A stretch of 64,000 nt of DNA. Origin: Promethearchaeota archaeon. GTDB taxonomy: Archaea; Asgardarchaeota; Lokiarchaeia; Sigyniarchaeales; SOKP01. Positions 9,271 through 18,791 of the stretch are shown piece after piece. Location: contig JAEOTZ010000072.1 of the NCBI GenBank assembly GCA_016839585.1, positions 87,355 to 151,354 of the forward strand, read 5' to 3'. Position 1 is the first letter of the stretch, and every line of letters begins with the position of its first letter. The notes under the pieces are model-generated. The model made no database searches, was not told the DNA's origin, and worked only from the letters and a program-made list of their open reading frames with translations. Position numbers and translations under genes: made by a program.

Positions 9271-10449
9271 TTACCCTCTCTTTTTTCCAAGATAAGGCAT
9301 TGCGTGTTCATATCTTTTCATGACAAATCTAGAGATAACAATCCTCTGTATTTCTGAAGTTCCTTCATAAATTTGGTATAATTTTGCATCTCTAAATAAT
9401 TTCTCAACTGGGTATGTTCTAAGATACCCATATCCACCAAAAATTTGTATAGCTTCAGTAGTTACATTCATAGCAACATCAGAAGCAAAAGCTTTGGCAA
9501 TTGAGGAACTCAAATTATTATCCATTCCTTGATCAGCCTCCCATGCCGCTTTGTAAGTTAATAATCGTGCAGCTTCAATATCTTTATACATATTAGCGAT
9601 CTTTTCTTGAATTACTTGATAATTTCCAATTGGACGACCGAAAGCTTCCCTCTTTTGAGCATAATCGATAGAATATTCCATTGCTGAACGAGCACATCCA
9701 ACTGCAAATGCACCTATTGCTGGACGAGTATGAGCGAAGGTTTGCATAGCTAAAACAAAACCTCTTCCCGGTTTAGCAAGGATATTTTCTTTTGGAATTC
9801 TAACATCTTTTAAACCCACTGAGACTGTATTTGATGATCTTTGACCAAGTTTAGGTATGTGTTTCCCTAATCTTACACCTTCACTTTTTGTATCTACAAT
9901 AAAGGCAGCAATCCCCTTATGTTTTTTCTCCGGATCAATGGTTGCAAATACAGTAATATAATCAGCGTATCCCCCATTAGTTATCCAAAATTTATTTCCA
10001 TTTAAAATATATTCATCTCCATCTTTTTCGGCATGACATTTCATACTAGCAACATCAGAACCCATTGCTGGTTCAGAAGTGGCAAAAGCTATTAATTTAA
10101 ATTTTTTTACTAACTCAGTTAAAATCCTTTGCTTTTGTTCTTCATTTCCTCCAATAACAATTGGCTCTGCTCCTAGATTATTATCAAAAACAGAAGTTGC
10201 AATACCAGGGCAAGCAGAAGATATTTCTTCTACAACAATACAAGCATCTAATAAACTATAACCCGGTCCACCATACTCTTTAGGGATCCCTAAATTTAAT
10301 AAATTCTCCTCCCACGCCTTTTTGATGACATCTAATGGAAATTCTTCTGACTCATCATATTTTTGCGCCACTGGTAATACCTCTCTTATAGCGAATTCTC
10401 TTGCTTTTTTCTGTAAAGCTTTTTGTTGTTCAGTTAAAATAAAATCCAA
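9271..10449 (-). CDS. Acyl-CoA dehydrogenase
   Basis: TSEPAMGSD, LNGNKFWITNG, AIQIFGGYGY, YQIYEGTSEIQR. Probable TTG start at 10449 after GAGGT (ORF track gives 10482). Confidence 0.93.
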   Translation of the reverse strand: MDFILTEQQKALQKKAREFAIREVLPVAQKYDESEEFPLDVIKKAWEENLLNLGIPKEYGGPGYSLLDACIVVEEISSACPGIATSVFDNNLGAEPIVIGGNEEQKQRILTELVKKFKLIAFATSEPAMGSDVASMKCHAEKDGDEYILNGNKFWITNGGYADYITVFATIDPEKKHKGIAAFIVDTKSEGVRLGKHIPKLGQRSSNTVSVGLKDVRIPKENILAKPGRGFVLAMQTFAHTRPAIGAFAVGCARSAMEYSIDYAQKREAFGRPIGNYQVIQEKIANMYKDIEAARLLTYKAAWEADQGMDNNLSSSIAKAFASDVAMNVTTEAIQIFGGYGYLRTYPVEKLFRDAKLYQIYEGTSEIQRIVISRFVMKRYEHAMPYLGKKRG

Positions 10450-10465
10450 ATTTTTTAACCTCTTA

Positions 10466-11671
10466 TTAACCCATCTTTTCAATTAATTTATCTATAATTT
10501 CTTTGAAATCCAAATCCTCTGGTTTTGGAACAAATTTGATTTCAATTGTCTCATCCAGAACGTCTATTTTAGTGGCTTTCATAATTTCAGCAATTTCTTT
10601 CACAGCACCTCCACCCCAACCATAGGAACCGAAAGCTAAGCCAATCTTATTCATTGGCTTTAAACCTTTTTGATAAGAGAGATATTCTGCAACTGTAGGA
10701 TACAATCCATTATTTAATGTCGGACTTCCTACTAAAATTGCCCTAGCCTTCATAGCTTCTGTTATTACATCAGAGTAATCTGCATTAGTTAGTCTATATC
10801 TTTTTACCGGAATGCTTCTATGACTAATCTCTTTAAATAATGCTTTGGCAATTTTACTTGTGCTTTCCCACATTGTATCATAAACAATTAAAACACTGTT
10901 TTTATCGATCTCACCCGCAGACCATTTCTTATAAGCGTCAATGATCTTGCCAATGTTACTCCTCCAGCAGACTCCATGGGAAGGACATATTATATCAATA
11001 GGCAAAGCACCCACTTTTGGTAATGCTTTTGCTATTAATCCAGATAAATGGAGTAAAATATTCGCATAATATTTTTCTGCTTCTTCCATAACCTCACATA
11101 AGTCATTTTCATCATCCCAACGTTTGGATGTAGCATAATGTTGGCCAAAAGCGTCATTGCAAAAGAGTACATTTTTACCGTTCTCGTCAGACATAAAAGA
11201 AACCATTGAATCAGGCCAATGTATCATTGGAATTGGTACGAAGGTAAACTTTTTACCGTTCCCTATATCTAAAGTATCACCTTCCTTGACAGCTCTTATT
11301 TTGTTAAACAGATCTTCTTCAACCTCTTCATGAAAATGTGCCTTTAATGCATCGACTCCTCTTTGAGATGCGATCAATTCAGCATTTGGTAAATGCTTAA
11401 TTATAAGTGGAAATGATCCAGAATGATCCATTTCAACATGGTTTGTTATATAATAATCAATTTCTGCTGGATCACATACAGCTTTTATACTTTTTAAGAA
11501 AGATTCAAAATATGGGCGTTTTACCGCATCAATTAATACAGTTTTTTCGCCTTTAACAATATAGGCGTTATAAGAACTCCCCCGATGAGTTGAATATCCA
11601 TGAAAGTTCCTTACTTCCCAATCTATATATCCAACATAATAGATATCTTTCATTAATTCTAAATGTGTCAT
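10466..11671 (-). CDS. fprA: Flavodiiron protein FprA (O2/NO reductase)
   Basis: HVEMDHSG, HWPD, CNDAFGQH, PSHG; flavodoxin motifs YDTMWEST and FGSYGWGGGA. Confidence 0.93.
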   Translation of the reverse strand: MTHLELMKDIYYVGYIDWEVRNFHGYSTHRGSSYNAYIVKGEKTVLIDAVKRPYFESFLKSIKAVCDPAEIDYYITNHVEMDHSGSFPLIIKHLPNAELIASQRGVDALKAHFHEEVEEDLFNKIRAVKEGDTLDIGNGKKFTFVPIPMIHWPDSMVSFMSDENGKNVLFCNDAFGQHYATSKRWDDENDLCEVMEEAEKYYANILLHLSGLIAKALPKVGALPIDIICPSHGVCWRSNIGKIIDAYKKWSAGEIDKNSVLIVYDTMWESTSKIAKALFKEISHRSIPVKRYRLTNADYSDVITEAMKARAILVGSPTLNNGLYPTVAEYLSYQKGLKPMNKIGLAFGSYGWGGGAVKEIAEIMKATKIDVLDETIEIKFVPKPEDLDFKEIIDKLIEKMG

Positions 11672-11814
11672 TTTTCTTTCACTTTTATTATTTTAGGATT
11701 TAGTTGATATTTATTATATTTTAAATCAAGTTAAAAAGTTACTTTCTATCAATTATAAAATTTTATAGAAACCAAGTAATTAAAAAAAAATTATTATTTA
11801 AGAAATGTTAAAAA

Positions 11815-11952
11815 TTAGTCAATTTTTTCAAACATATCTTTTCCAACACCACATACTGGACATGTCCAATCATCTGGTAAATCTTCAAATTTGGTACCTT
11901 CAGCCTCTTCATCATATACGTATCCACAGGCTTGACATTCCCATTTTCCCAT
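11815..11952 (-). CDS. Rubredoxin (45 aa; not in ORF track)
   Basis: Hand translation [45 protein letters not shown]; AGGAG SD upstream. Confidence 0.95.
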   Translation of the reverse strand: MGKWECQACGYVYDEEAEGTKFEDLPDDWTCPVCGVGKDMFEKID

Positions 11953-12045
11953 TAGAATCTCCTTAATTATTTTAATTTTAAAAATTTTTATGGATTTAAA
12001 TTTGAGTATTGTTAAAAATATTAAGCTAATATTTTATAAAAATGT

Positions 12046-12198
12046 TTAAGAAATTGATACTTTTTCAAACATTCTTTTAGAGCTTCGGCATTTTGGACAT
12101 TTAAACTTAGCATCATCTTGTTCTTCCAATGATTTCTCTTGTTGCTCATCGATATATAGGAATTTACACTTTTTACATCTATATGTCGCCAAGTACAT
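12046..12198 (-). CDS. Divergent rubredoxin-like protein (50 aa; not in ORF track)
   Basis: Hand translation MYLATYRCKKCKFLYIDEQQEKSLEEQDDAKFKCPKCRSSKRMFEKVSIS*; start may be the TTG at 12192 after GGTGA. Confidence 0.85.
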   Translation of the reverse strand: MYLATYRCKKCKFLYIDEQQEKSLEEQDDAKFKCPKCRSSKRMFEKVSIS

Positions 12199-12377
12199 TC
12201 ACCATCATATTTTTATTTCTTAAACTTATTTTTTTATTTTTTATATTTAAGATATTTCAAATATCTAGCCAATTTTTAGAATGTAGTTATATCTTTAATG
12301 TTAACTATTTTTAATCGTTGAATTTAAAAAATTATTTTATAAAGAAGATAAATAAAAATAAATTAAGATTCAAAACG

Positions 12378-13724
12378 TTAATCTTTTATTTTAAATTCAT
12401 CTTTTGGGGCTCCACATTCAGGACATTTGAAATTTTGAAGTAAATCTTTGAAAAGAACATCCATTTTAGCCTCATCATACTCCATACCACAGTTCGAACA
12501 GATATAAGTGTATAATTCTAATAATTTTTTCAACTCATCTCTGTTAACATCTTCTTCCATCTTATTATACACGAAAGGCATAGCTTTATTTTCACCAAAT
12601 AGAATTGCTCCTTTAAGTTTATTATCTTTTAAGACTAATTTTTGATAGCAGCAATCTTTTTTATCAGCTTTTTTAAGAATCTCCCAGCTCCCCCCTTCTT
12701 CCTTAGTAGGATCTATCGTTCCTATTGAAGTTAATTCTAATCCAACAATTTTGAGCGTATTTTTGGGAGTAGTTCCCTTATAATCTGTTTTTTTAAGTCC
12801 TAGCACAGATGAAGCTGCTATTTTTGATTGTTCCATACAGGCAGGAATAATGCCCCAAATTTGATTTTTATATTCTATACAATCCCCAACAGCATAAATA
12901 TCTTTTTCACTAGTTTCTAAAAATTCATTTACAATAATGCCTTTATTTGTATGAATATTTACTTCTTTAGCTAAATCTATTGTAGGTCTTATACCTGCTT
13001 GTATTAAAACAATATCAGCATCTAATGTTTGTCCATCTTTTAATTTAATCCCAGTGACTCTACCATTTCCTAAAATTTCTTGAGTAGCAGCATCTAAGAC
13101 TACTTTTATTCCGCGGCTTTCAACCTCTTCTTTTAACATAGTACCACATTCTTCATCTAGTTGTCTTGGTAATAATCGAGGGAAGAATTCTACAACTGTG
13201 GTTTCTAAATTGTAATCTTTTATTTGATTAGCCAGTTCTAGACCAAGTAAACCCCCACCAATAACAATTGCTTTCTCGACTGCAAATTTCTTTATGTAAT
13301 CTCGAATTTCTAAAGCATCATTTATGCTCCGCAATGTGAATACTCCTTTTTTTTCTGTTTTCATTTCTGAAGCATTTTTTATTGGTGGAATGTTAGGAAC
13401 ACTCCCCAATGCCAGAATGAGTTTATCATATGAAAAAGGGGTTTTCTCTCCCTCAATATAAATAATTTTATTGTTTGGATCAATTTTATTTACCTTTTTA
13501 TTCAGACTTAATTTCAAATTTTTATTCTTGTACCACTCATCCTTAAAAACAATTAAATCGTCAATTCTAACTTTTTTAGAAATTAATTCCGGTAATTTAA
13601 CTCTTGTATAGTAAGGATAATTTTCTTGGGTGAATATCTCAATCTCTATTTCATTATTAAGATATCTAATATTCTGTGCTGTAAATGTCCCGGCAACATT
13701 GTTCCCTATAATTACAACTTTCAT
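12378..13724 (-). CDS. NAD(P)H:rubredoxin oxidoreductase-like flavoprotein with C-terminal rubredoxin domain
   Basis: VIIGNNVAG, GGGLLGLE, IYAVGDC; C-terminal CSNCG...CPECG. Confidence 0.88.
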   Translation of the reverse strand: MKVVIIGNNVAGTFTAQNIRYLNNEIEIEIFTQENYPYYTRVKLPELISKKVRIDDLIVFKDEWYKNKNLKLSLNKKVNKIDPNNKIIYIEGEKTPFSYDKLILALGSVPNIPPIKNASEMKTEKKGVFTLRSINDALEIRDYIKKFAVEKAIVIGGGLLGLELANQIKDYNLETTVVEFFPRLLPRQLDEECGTMLKEEVESRGIKVVLDAATQEILGNGRVTGIKLKDGQTLDADIVLIQAGIRPTIDLAKEVNIHTNKGIIVNEFLETSEKDIYAVGDCIEYKNQIWGIIPACMEQSKIAASSVLGLKKTDYKGTTPKNTLKIVGLELTSIGTIDPTKEEGGSWEILKKADKKDCCYQKLVLKDNKLKGAILFGENKAMPFVYNKMEEDVNRDELKKLLELYTYICSNCGMEYDEAKMDVLFKDLLQNFKCPECGAPKDEFKIKD

Positions 13725-13798
13725 AAATGTTACAGTCTTACCATTTTATATTAAAGTTTTTGTTATAAAATGTTAATCTTAGTGTAATTAGAGCTTGA

Positions 13799-14632
13799 AT
13801 GAACATGTTCGAAATTAAAAATATATTCAAATCTCCATACAAAATAACTATGATAGAAACAAAACAAAAAATACTCAATAGAAAAATAATAAAAATTGAC
13901 GAGGATCTTTGTACGGGTTGTGGAAACTGTGTTATTACCTGTGCTGAAGGAGCTTTGGAAGTTATAGATGGAAAAGCTAGAGTAGTAAACGAAATTTTCT
14001 GCGATGGATTAGGAGCATGTATAGGAGAATGTCCTGAAGGAGCTCTTGATATTATTGAAAGAGAAGCGTTAGAATTTGATGAGGAAGCTGTTGAAAAACA
14101 TTTAGAATCATTGAAGCATATGGAAAAAGAGATGAATGCGATTGGAGAAAGTACTACAAATGAAGCGCCACTTCCTTGTGGTTGTCCCTCTTCAAAAACA
14201 ATAGTATTTAGTGATATAAAGGAAGAAACAGAGGTTGCTGGAAAAATTACTTCAACATTACGACAATGGCCTGTTCAAATGCATTTAATCTCTCCTATAG
14301 CGCCATATTACCATGGGGCAGATGTTGTCCTTTCAGCAGATTGTGTTGCATACTCGTATGGTGATTTTCATAGGGACTTTCTAAAGAATAAATCTATTGC
14401 TATTGCCTGTCCTAAACTGGATCAAGGTCGAGATATTTATATCGAAAAAATTAAAGCCTTGATAGATGACGCTAAAATTAACACTCTAACTGTTGCGATG
14501 ATGGAAGTTCCTTGTTGTTCGGGATTATTAGCGTTAGCCCAAGAAGCAGTTAAGAGAGCAAATCGAAAAGTTCCAATAAAATTTATTATTATTGGCATAA
14601 AAGGAGATATTTTAAAAGAAGAATGGATCTAA
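13799..14632 (+). CDS. 4Fe-4S dicluster protein with Cys-rich C-terminal domain
   Basis: CTGCGNC...C and CDGLGACIGEC; CGCPS, QWPVQ, ADC, CPKLD, MEVPCC. Start may be further downstream. Confidence 0.85.
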   Translation: MNMFEIKNIFKSPYKITMIETKQKILNRKIIKIDEDLCTGCGNCVITCAEGALEVIDGKARVVNEIFCDGLGACIGECPEGALDIIEREALEFDEEAVEKHLESLKHMEKEMNAIGESTTNEAPLPCGCPSSKTIVFSDIKEETEVAGKITSTLRQWPVQMHLISPIAPYYHGADVVLSADCVAYSYGDFHRDFLKNKSIAIACPKLDQGRDIYIEKIKALIDDAKINTLTVAMMEVPCCSGLLALAQEAVKRANRKVPIKFIIIGIKGDILKEEWI

Positions 14633-14647
14633 TTTTTTTTATTTTTT

Positions 14648-15301
14648 TTAGAGTTCAAACATAACCTTTTTCTTAATTATCTTCCTCAGCATAACTGATA
14701 AGGCAGATTTTGATTTCCCTAGTTTATTAGCTAATTCTTCTAAGGATATGTTTCTAGGAATCTCAAAAAATCCTAAAGAAATTGCCTTATCTAGAACATT
14801 AGATTGATCATAAGTTAATTTGTGTTTGTCATCCTCTAGGATATAAGGCGATTTTCCAATCCTTAAAAGTTCAAAATCAATATTTCTTTGCTCGAAAAGC
14901 GTCAATAATCGATCAATACTTTTTCTACTAGATATTAGACGCCAATAGGCATAACCATCTTTAACTCTTACTGGAAAATTTATTAGAACTCCACATTTAA
15001 TTACGGCATACAATAGATATGGGTCCTTGGTTTTTACGTTAAACTTAACTTTTCTAACTTCTTGCTCTAAAATACTAAATTCAAATACAGATGGATGATT
15101 TTTGATTTCTTGAATGATCGAATCTATGTTATAATGCATTATCTCAATTATTGAGTTTCCTATTGATTTTTCCAGATCATAAGGAAGAAAATATGAAATC
15201 TCCATTTTCAGATCAGGAAAATTTTCAAAGAGTTCTGAAATCCATAACCCATCTGGAAATTTTATCTTGATTCTAGCTAAGCTCGATTTACTTGAATCCA
15301 T
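14648..15301 (-). CDS. Bat/HTH_10-family transcriptional regulator
   Basis: C-terminal LTYDQ..VL..AISLGFFEIPRNISLEELANKLGKSKS. Confidence 0.85.
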   Translation of the reverse strand: MDSSKSSLARIKIKFPDGLWISELFENFPDLKMEISYFLPYDLEKSIGNSIIEIMHYNIDSIIQEIKNHPSVFEFSILEQEVRKVKFNVKTKDPYLLYAVIKCGVLINFPVRVKDGYAYWRLISSRKSIDRLLTLFEQRNIDFELLRIGKSPYILEDDKHKLTYDQSNVLDKAISLGFFEIPRNISLEELANKLGKSKSALSVMLRKIIKKKVMFEL

Positions 15302-15386
15302 CCTTAATTATTAGTGTTTAAGAATTTAAAACTTTTTTTTAGATATTAACAATATATAATTATATTATTAGCTAAATTGTATTATA

Positions 15387-15983
15387 ATGGTTGAAAATCA
15401 GAATTTATTGTTAGGGATATGCGGAAGCCCGAGAAAACAAGGAACTGAGTATGCAGTCCAGTATGCTTTAAATTATGCTAATGAAAAGTTTGGATTTGAA
15501 ACAGAATACTGGACTATAAGAAGTAAAGATATTAACTTTTGTATTCATTGTGATTATTGTATTAGAGAGAAAAAAGGTTGTGTTCATGAAGATGATCTGC
15601 AAGAACTTTATCCAAAAATTGAAACTGCAAAATTTTTACTCTTTGGAACACCAGTATTCCAAGGAAACTTATCTGGGCAACTAAAAACGGTAATGGATCG
15701 ATGCCGTGCTTTAGTAGCAAAAAGTCCAAATGTATTAAAAGGTAAAGTTGGAGTGGCTCTAGCAGTTGGTGGAGATCGAAGTGGAGGGCAAGAAATTGCT
15801 ATTAGAAGTATATTAGATTTTTATCAGCAAAACCATATTCATTCAGTCTCAGGTGGAGCTTTTGGAGCTAATTTGGGCGCAAGTCTATGGAGTAGGGATA
15901 TGGGTAAACAAGGTATCGAACTAGATGAAGAAGGACTGAGAACATTACGAAAAGTAATAAAAAGATTAGCAGAATTTAAATAA
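15387..15983 (+). CDS. Iron-sulfur flavoprotein (Isf, multimeric flavodoxin family)
   Basis: GSPRKQGT, CIHCDYC...C, GTPVF, GGDRSGGQE. Confidence 0.88.
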   Translation: MVENQNLLLGICGSPRKQGTEYAVQYALNYANEKFGFETEYWTIRSKDINFCIHCDYCIREKKGCVHEDDLQELYPKIETAKFLLFGTPVFQGNLSGQLKTVMDRCRALVAKSPNVLKGKVGVALAVGGDRSGGQEIAIRSILDFYQQNHIHSVSGGAFGANLGASLWSRDMGKQGIELDEEGLRTLRKVIKRLAEFK

Positions 15984-16122
15984 TGAAATAAATTTAAGAA
16001 AATTGGACTCCTTATTCTTTTTAACTCTGCAAAAACACTTTTTAATTAAATAAAATAAGCAAAATTTTTATTTATTCAAGTGCCCTATTCAATGGGTTTT
16101 AGCTTTAAGTAACCAAATTGAG

Positions 16123-16617
16123 GTGGAACTTATGGATTATATGACGTCATGTATCATTCTTAGTAATCTTGTTTGTATTCCTGCTATGGGTTTGCTATTA
16201 TGGCAAATGGGTTGGAAAAACTGGTCAAAGTGGTTATTAATAATACCATCAATCGCTTTAATGGATTTAGATCATTTTTTATTAACGAATGTACCTGGTT
16301 TTGGAGCTGAACCAGCATCTGGTCAGAAAATACTGCATGTTGCTCATACTTTTGAATTTCTTGCTCTAGAGATAGTTCTAATCTTAATATATTTCCTATG
16401 GGTGGATCCTCGACAAGACCGTAATATAAAAACTTGGTTTTTTCCCTTATCCCCAGATTACTCTAAGCAATGGAAATATTACCTCGCATGGACAGTACGT
16501 ATCCTTATTTTCGGTTTAATAATTCACTGGCTTCTGGATTTGGTCATTTATACAGTTCATCATAAATGGGACTATCTATATGTTTCACTTGTAGAATACT
16601 TTTTACATCCAACTTAA
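16123..16617 (+). CDS. Membrane protein, putative metal-dependent hydrolase (YdjM-like motifs)
   Basis: TM segments with MDLDH, HVAH and HWLLD. Confidence 0.55.
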   Translation: MELMDYMTSCIILSNLVCIPAMGLLLWQMGWKNWSKWLLIIPSIALMDLDHFLLTNVPGFGAEPASGQKILHVAHTFEFLALEIVLILIYFLWVDPRQDRNIKTWFFPLSPDYSKQWKYYLAWTVRILIFGLIIHWLLDLVIYTVHHKWDYLYVSLVEYFLHPT

Positions 16618-16675
16618 TGAGAAATAAAATAAGGTTATCAGAATTTAAAAAATAAACAAAAAAATTTAAAAAAAA

Positions 16676-16969
16676 TTATTTTACTCCAAATAATTTCTTA
16701 GCCTCTTTTTCTCTGAGGCCAGAAATACCCCAAAGCTCCTTAAACCAGTATTTTCCTTTATGTATTACTACAGGGGTATTCACAATACATCCATCAGCAT
16801 CACAAAACGTTGTTAGAAAATTATCATCGTGTAATAAGTTATGTACAAACTCTTCGTCATTAATATCTCGTTCAACGTATTTAACATCACGTTCATCCAA
16901 CCACTCTTTTAATTCATGACATCTCGAACAATCAGTTTTTGTAATTAATAAAGGTGTTTTTGCTTCCAT
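16676..16969 (-). CDS. Glutaredoxin-like protein
   Basis: N-terminal CSRC, cis-Pro NTPVV; extra CDADGC. Confidence 0.75.
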   Translation of the reverse strand: MEAKTPLLITKTDCSRCHELKEWLDERDVKYVERDINDEEFVHNLLHDDNFLTTFCDADGCIVNTPVVIHKGKYWFKELWGISGLREKEAKKLFGVK

Positions 16970-17218
16970 ATTTATAAAATAAGCATATATAGTAAAAAAT
17001 CTTTATCTTCTAAATTATAAATTTAGCAAATGTGAAAACAATTTTCAATGGATTTAGAGAAGAAAATCTTATAAATCATATAAAAATGTCAAAATTTAAT
17101 ATTTTAAAAAATAAAAGGATAAAATCAATTTCTCTTAACATTCTTTTTCATTTTCAGAATTTTTTAATAATTTATTATGATCAGATTCTTATTTTTCAAG
17201 TTGCTTTTCTTGATTAAG

Positions 17219-17668
17219 ATGGATCAAAAAACTCAAAATGAAGCTTTTAATAAATACATAAAACAGTTATTTGAGGGTTCCAGTTGGAAAGAACGGGCAA
17301 TAGCCGCTCAAAATATTGGTAATTTAAGAGAAGGTAGAGCAACAAATTTGCTTGCGAGAGCTTTGCAATCTGAAAATGATCCTGTTGTTATCAACCGAAT
17401 TATTGAAGCAATGGGAGAGATTAGGGACGCGAAAGCAACTATACTAATTATTAATTTCTTAAAGAAAGAATTAGAAAAACCTGAAGAAAGTCAAGATAAA
17501 ACTAGATTATTTATAATTATTGAAAGTTTAATGAAAATTGGAGATAAAAGAGCACTTGAGCATTTAGGTATTTTATTAGAATCTTGCCACAGTGATATTA
17601 AACAATTGACAGAGGAAGCATTTGAGTGTATTGATCCAAATTGGAGAGAAAATATTGAAAAGAATTAG
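17219..17668 (+). CDS. HEAT/PBS-lyase repeat protein
   Basis: WKERAIAAQNIG, IIEAMGEIRD, IESLMKIGDKRA; probable start at MDQK. Confidence 0.75.
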   Translation: MDQKTQNEAFNKYIKQLFEGSSWKERAIAAQNIGNLREGRATNLLARALQSENDPVVINRIIEAMGEIRDAKATILIINFLKKELEKPEESQDKTRLFIIIESLMKIGDKRALEHLGILLESCHSDIKQLTEEAFECIDPNWRENIEKN

Positions 17669-17724
17669 CTTTTAAAAAGAAACTAAATCTAAAAATTTTT
17701 TAAAAAATATGGGGTAATAATATT

Positions 17725-18027
17725 ATGTCTGAAATTATAGATAAGGTGGCCAATACCGTTGAAGGTTCCAATAAGAATAGAGATATTACAATTTTAACAT
17801 TATCTACTTGTATGTGGTGTAAAAAATGCAAAGCATGGTTGAAAGACCGAGATGTTCACTATAAGTATGTAGATGTTGATAAAATTGATTTTGAAGATAA
17901 ATCGAAAATATTAGAATATTTGAGAGAGACTTATCAATCAAGAATCTCCTATCCATTTATGATCTGTGATGATGAATTTGTGGTAGGTTATAATCCAAAT
18001 AAATATGAAGAATTGATGAAAGCATGA
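17725..18027 (+). CDS. Glutaredoxin/NrdH-like redoxin
   Basis: LSTCMWCKK, SYPF, VVGY. Confidence 0.85.
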   Translation: MSEIIDKVANTVEGSNKNRDITILTLSTCMWCKKCKAWLKDRDVHYKYVDVDKIDFEDKSKILEYLRETYQSRISYPFMICDDEFVVGYNPNKYEELMKA

Positions 18028-18037
18028 AGGGATAAAT

Positions 18038-18400
18038 ATGGAAATGGAAACTAAAGAAGGAATGATGGAATATTGTAATAAAGTTTGTAAAACTAATAAT
18101 TGGATCTTAAATAAGGATAAAAATACTCTAAATGATTTAATTGATGGTTTGGTAGAAAATAAAAAAAGTTATGATTATCAATCCTGTCCTTGTAGACTAG
18201 CCTCTGGTAATAGAAATTTAGATAGAGATTTAATTTGTCCATGTGATTATGCAAAATTAGATATTAAAGAATATGGGGCATGTTATTGTAATTTATATTT
18301 ACGTCCAGATTTCTATGAAACTATAGAAAAGGAGTTTGTTATTGTTCCTGAAAGAAGACCGGTTGAAAAGGAAAAAGCTGTATTAGAATATTTTAAGTAA
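18038..18400 (+). CDS. Ferredoxin:thioredoxin reductase catalytic-subunit family
   Basis: CPCR, CPC and CYC motifs. Confidence 0.88.
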   Translation: MEMETKEGMMEYCNKVCKTNNWILNKDKNTLNDLIDGLVENKKSYDYQSCPCRLASGNRNLDRDLICPCDYAKLDIKEYGACYCNLYLRPDFYETIEKEFVIVPERRPVEKEKAVLEYFK

Positions 18401-18546
18401 AATCTTTGTTTAAATAATGTTTTTTTATTAAGTCATCCAAGTATTAATTAGCCTTTTAGAACCTTTATTGAATACATAGATTCCTAAATTCAAATCAATT
18501 TTTTATAAATAAAATCCTTAAATAGTTAGTATTATCATTTTATAAT

Positions 18547-18702
18547 ATGCCAGATAAAGAAATATCAGATGATGAATTAGAAGAAGAATTAGAAAAAGCT
18601 TTTAGGGCTAATGAAGCTAAAAAGGATCACTGTGGAACCGCTATACCTTCTAGTAAGGAAGTTGGAATTCAAAGGACTAACGTAAAACTAAAAAAAGAAT
18701 AG
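18547..18702 (+). CDS. Small hypothetical protein (51 aa; not in ORF track)
   Basis: MPDKEISDDELEEELEKAFRANEAKKDHCGTAIPSSKEVGIQRTNVKLKKE*; coding-like composition, T-tract downstream. Confidence 0.6.
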   Translation: MPDKEISDDELEEELEKAFRANEAKKDHCGTAIPSSKEVGIQRTNVKLKKE

Positions 18703-18791
18703 GTTTATTATAGTTTTTATTTTTTTTTCTTTTTAATTTCCATTAAGAACTCTTAGAATTCTTTTATTAAAAAATTAATTAAAAGCATAAG

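Noticed and set aside
12129-12314. 61-aa plus-strand ORF
   Set aside because: Shadow of the minus-strand rubredoxin-like gene plus AT-rich intergenic DNA.
17032-17217. 61-aa ORF upstream of the HEAT gene
   Set aside because: Low-complexity AT-rich divergent promoter region with no protein-like features.
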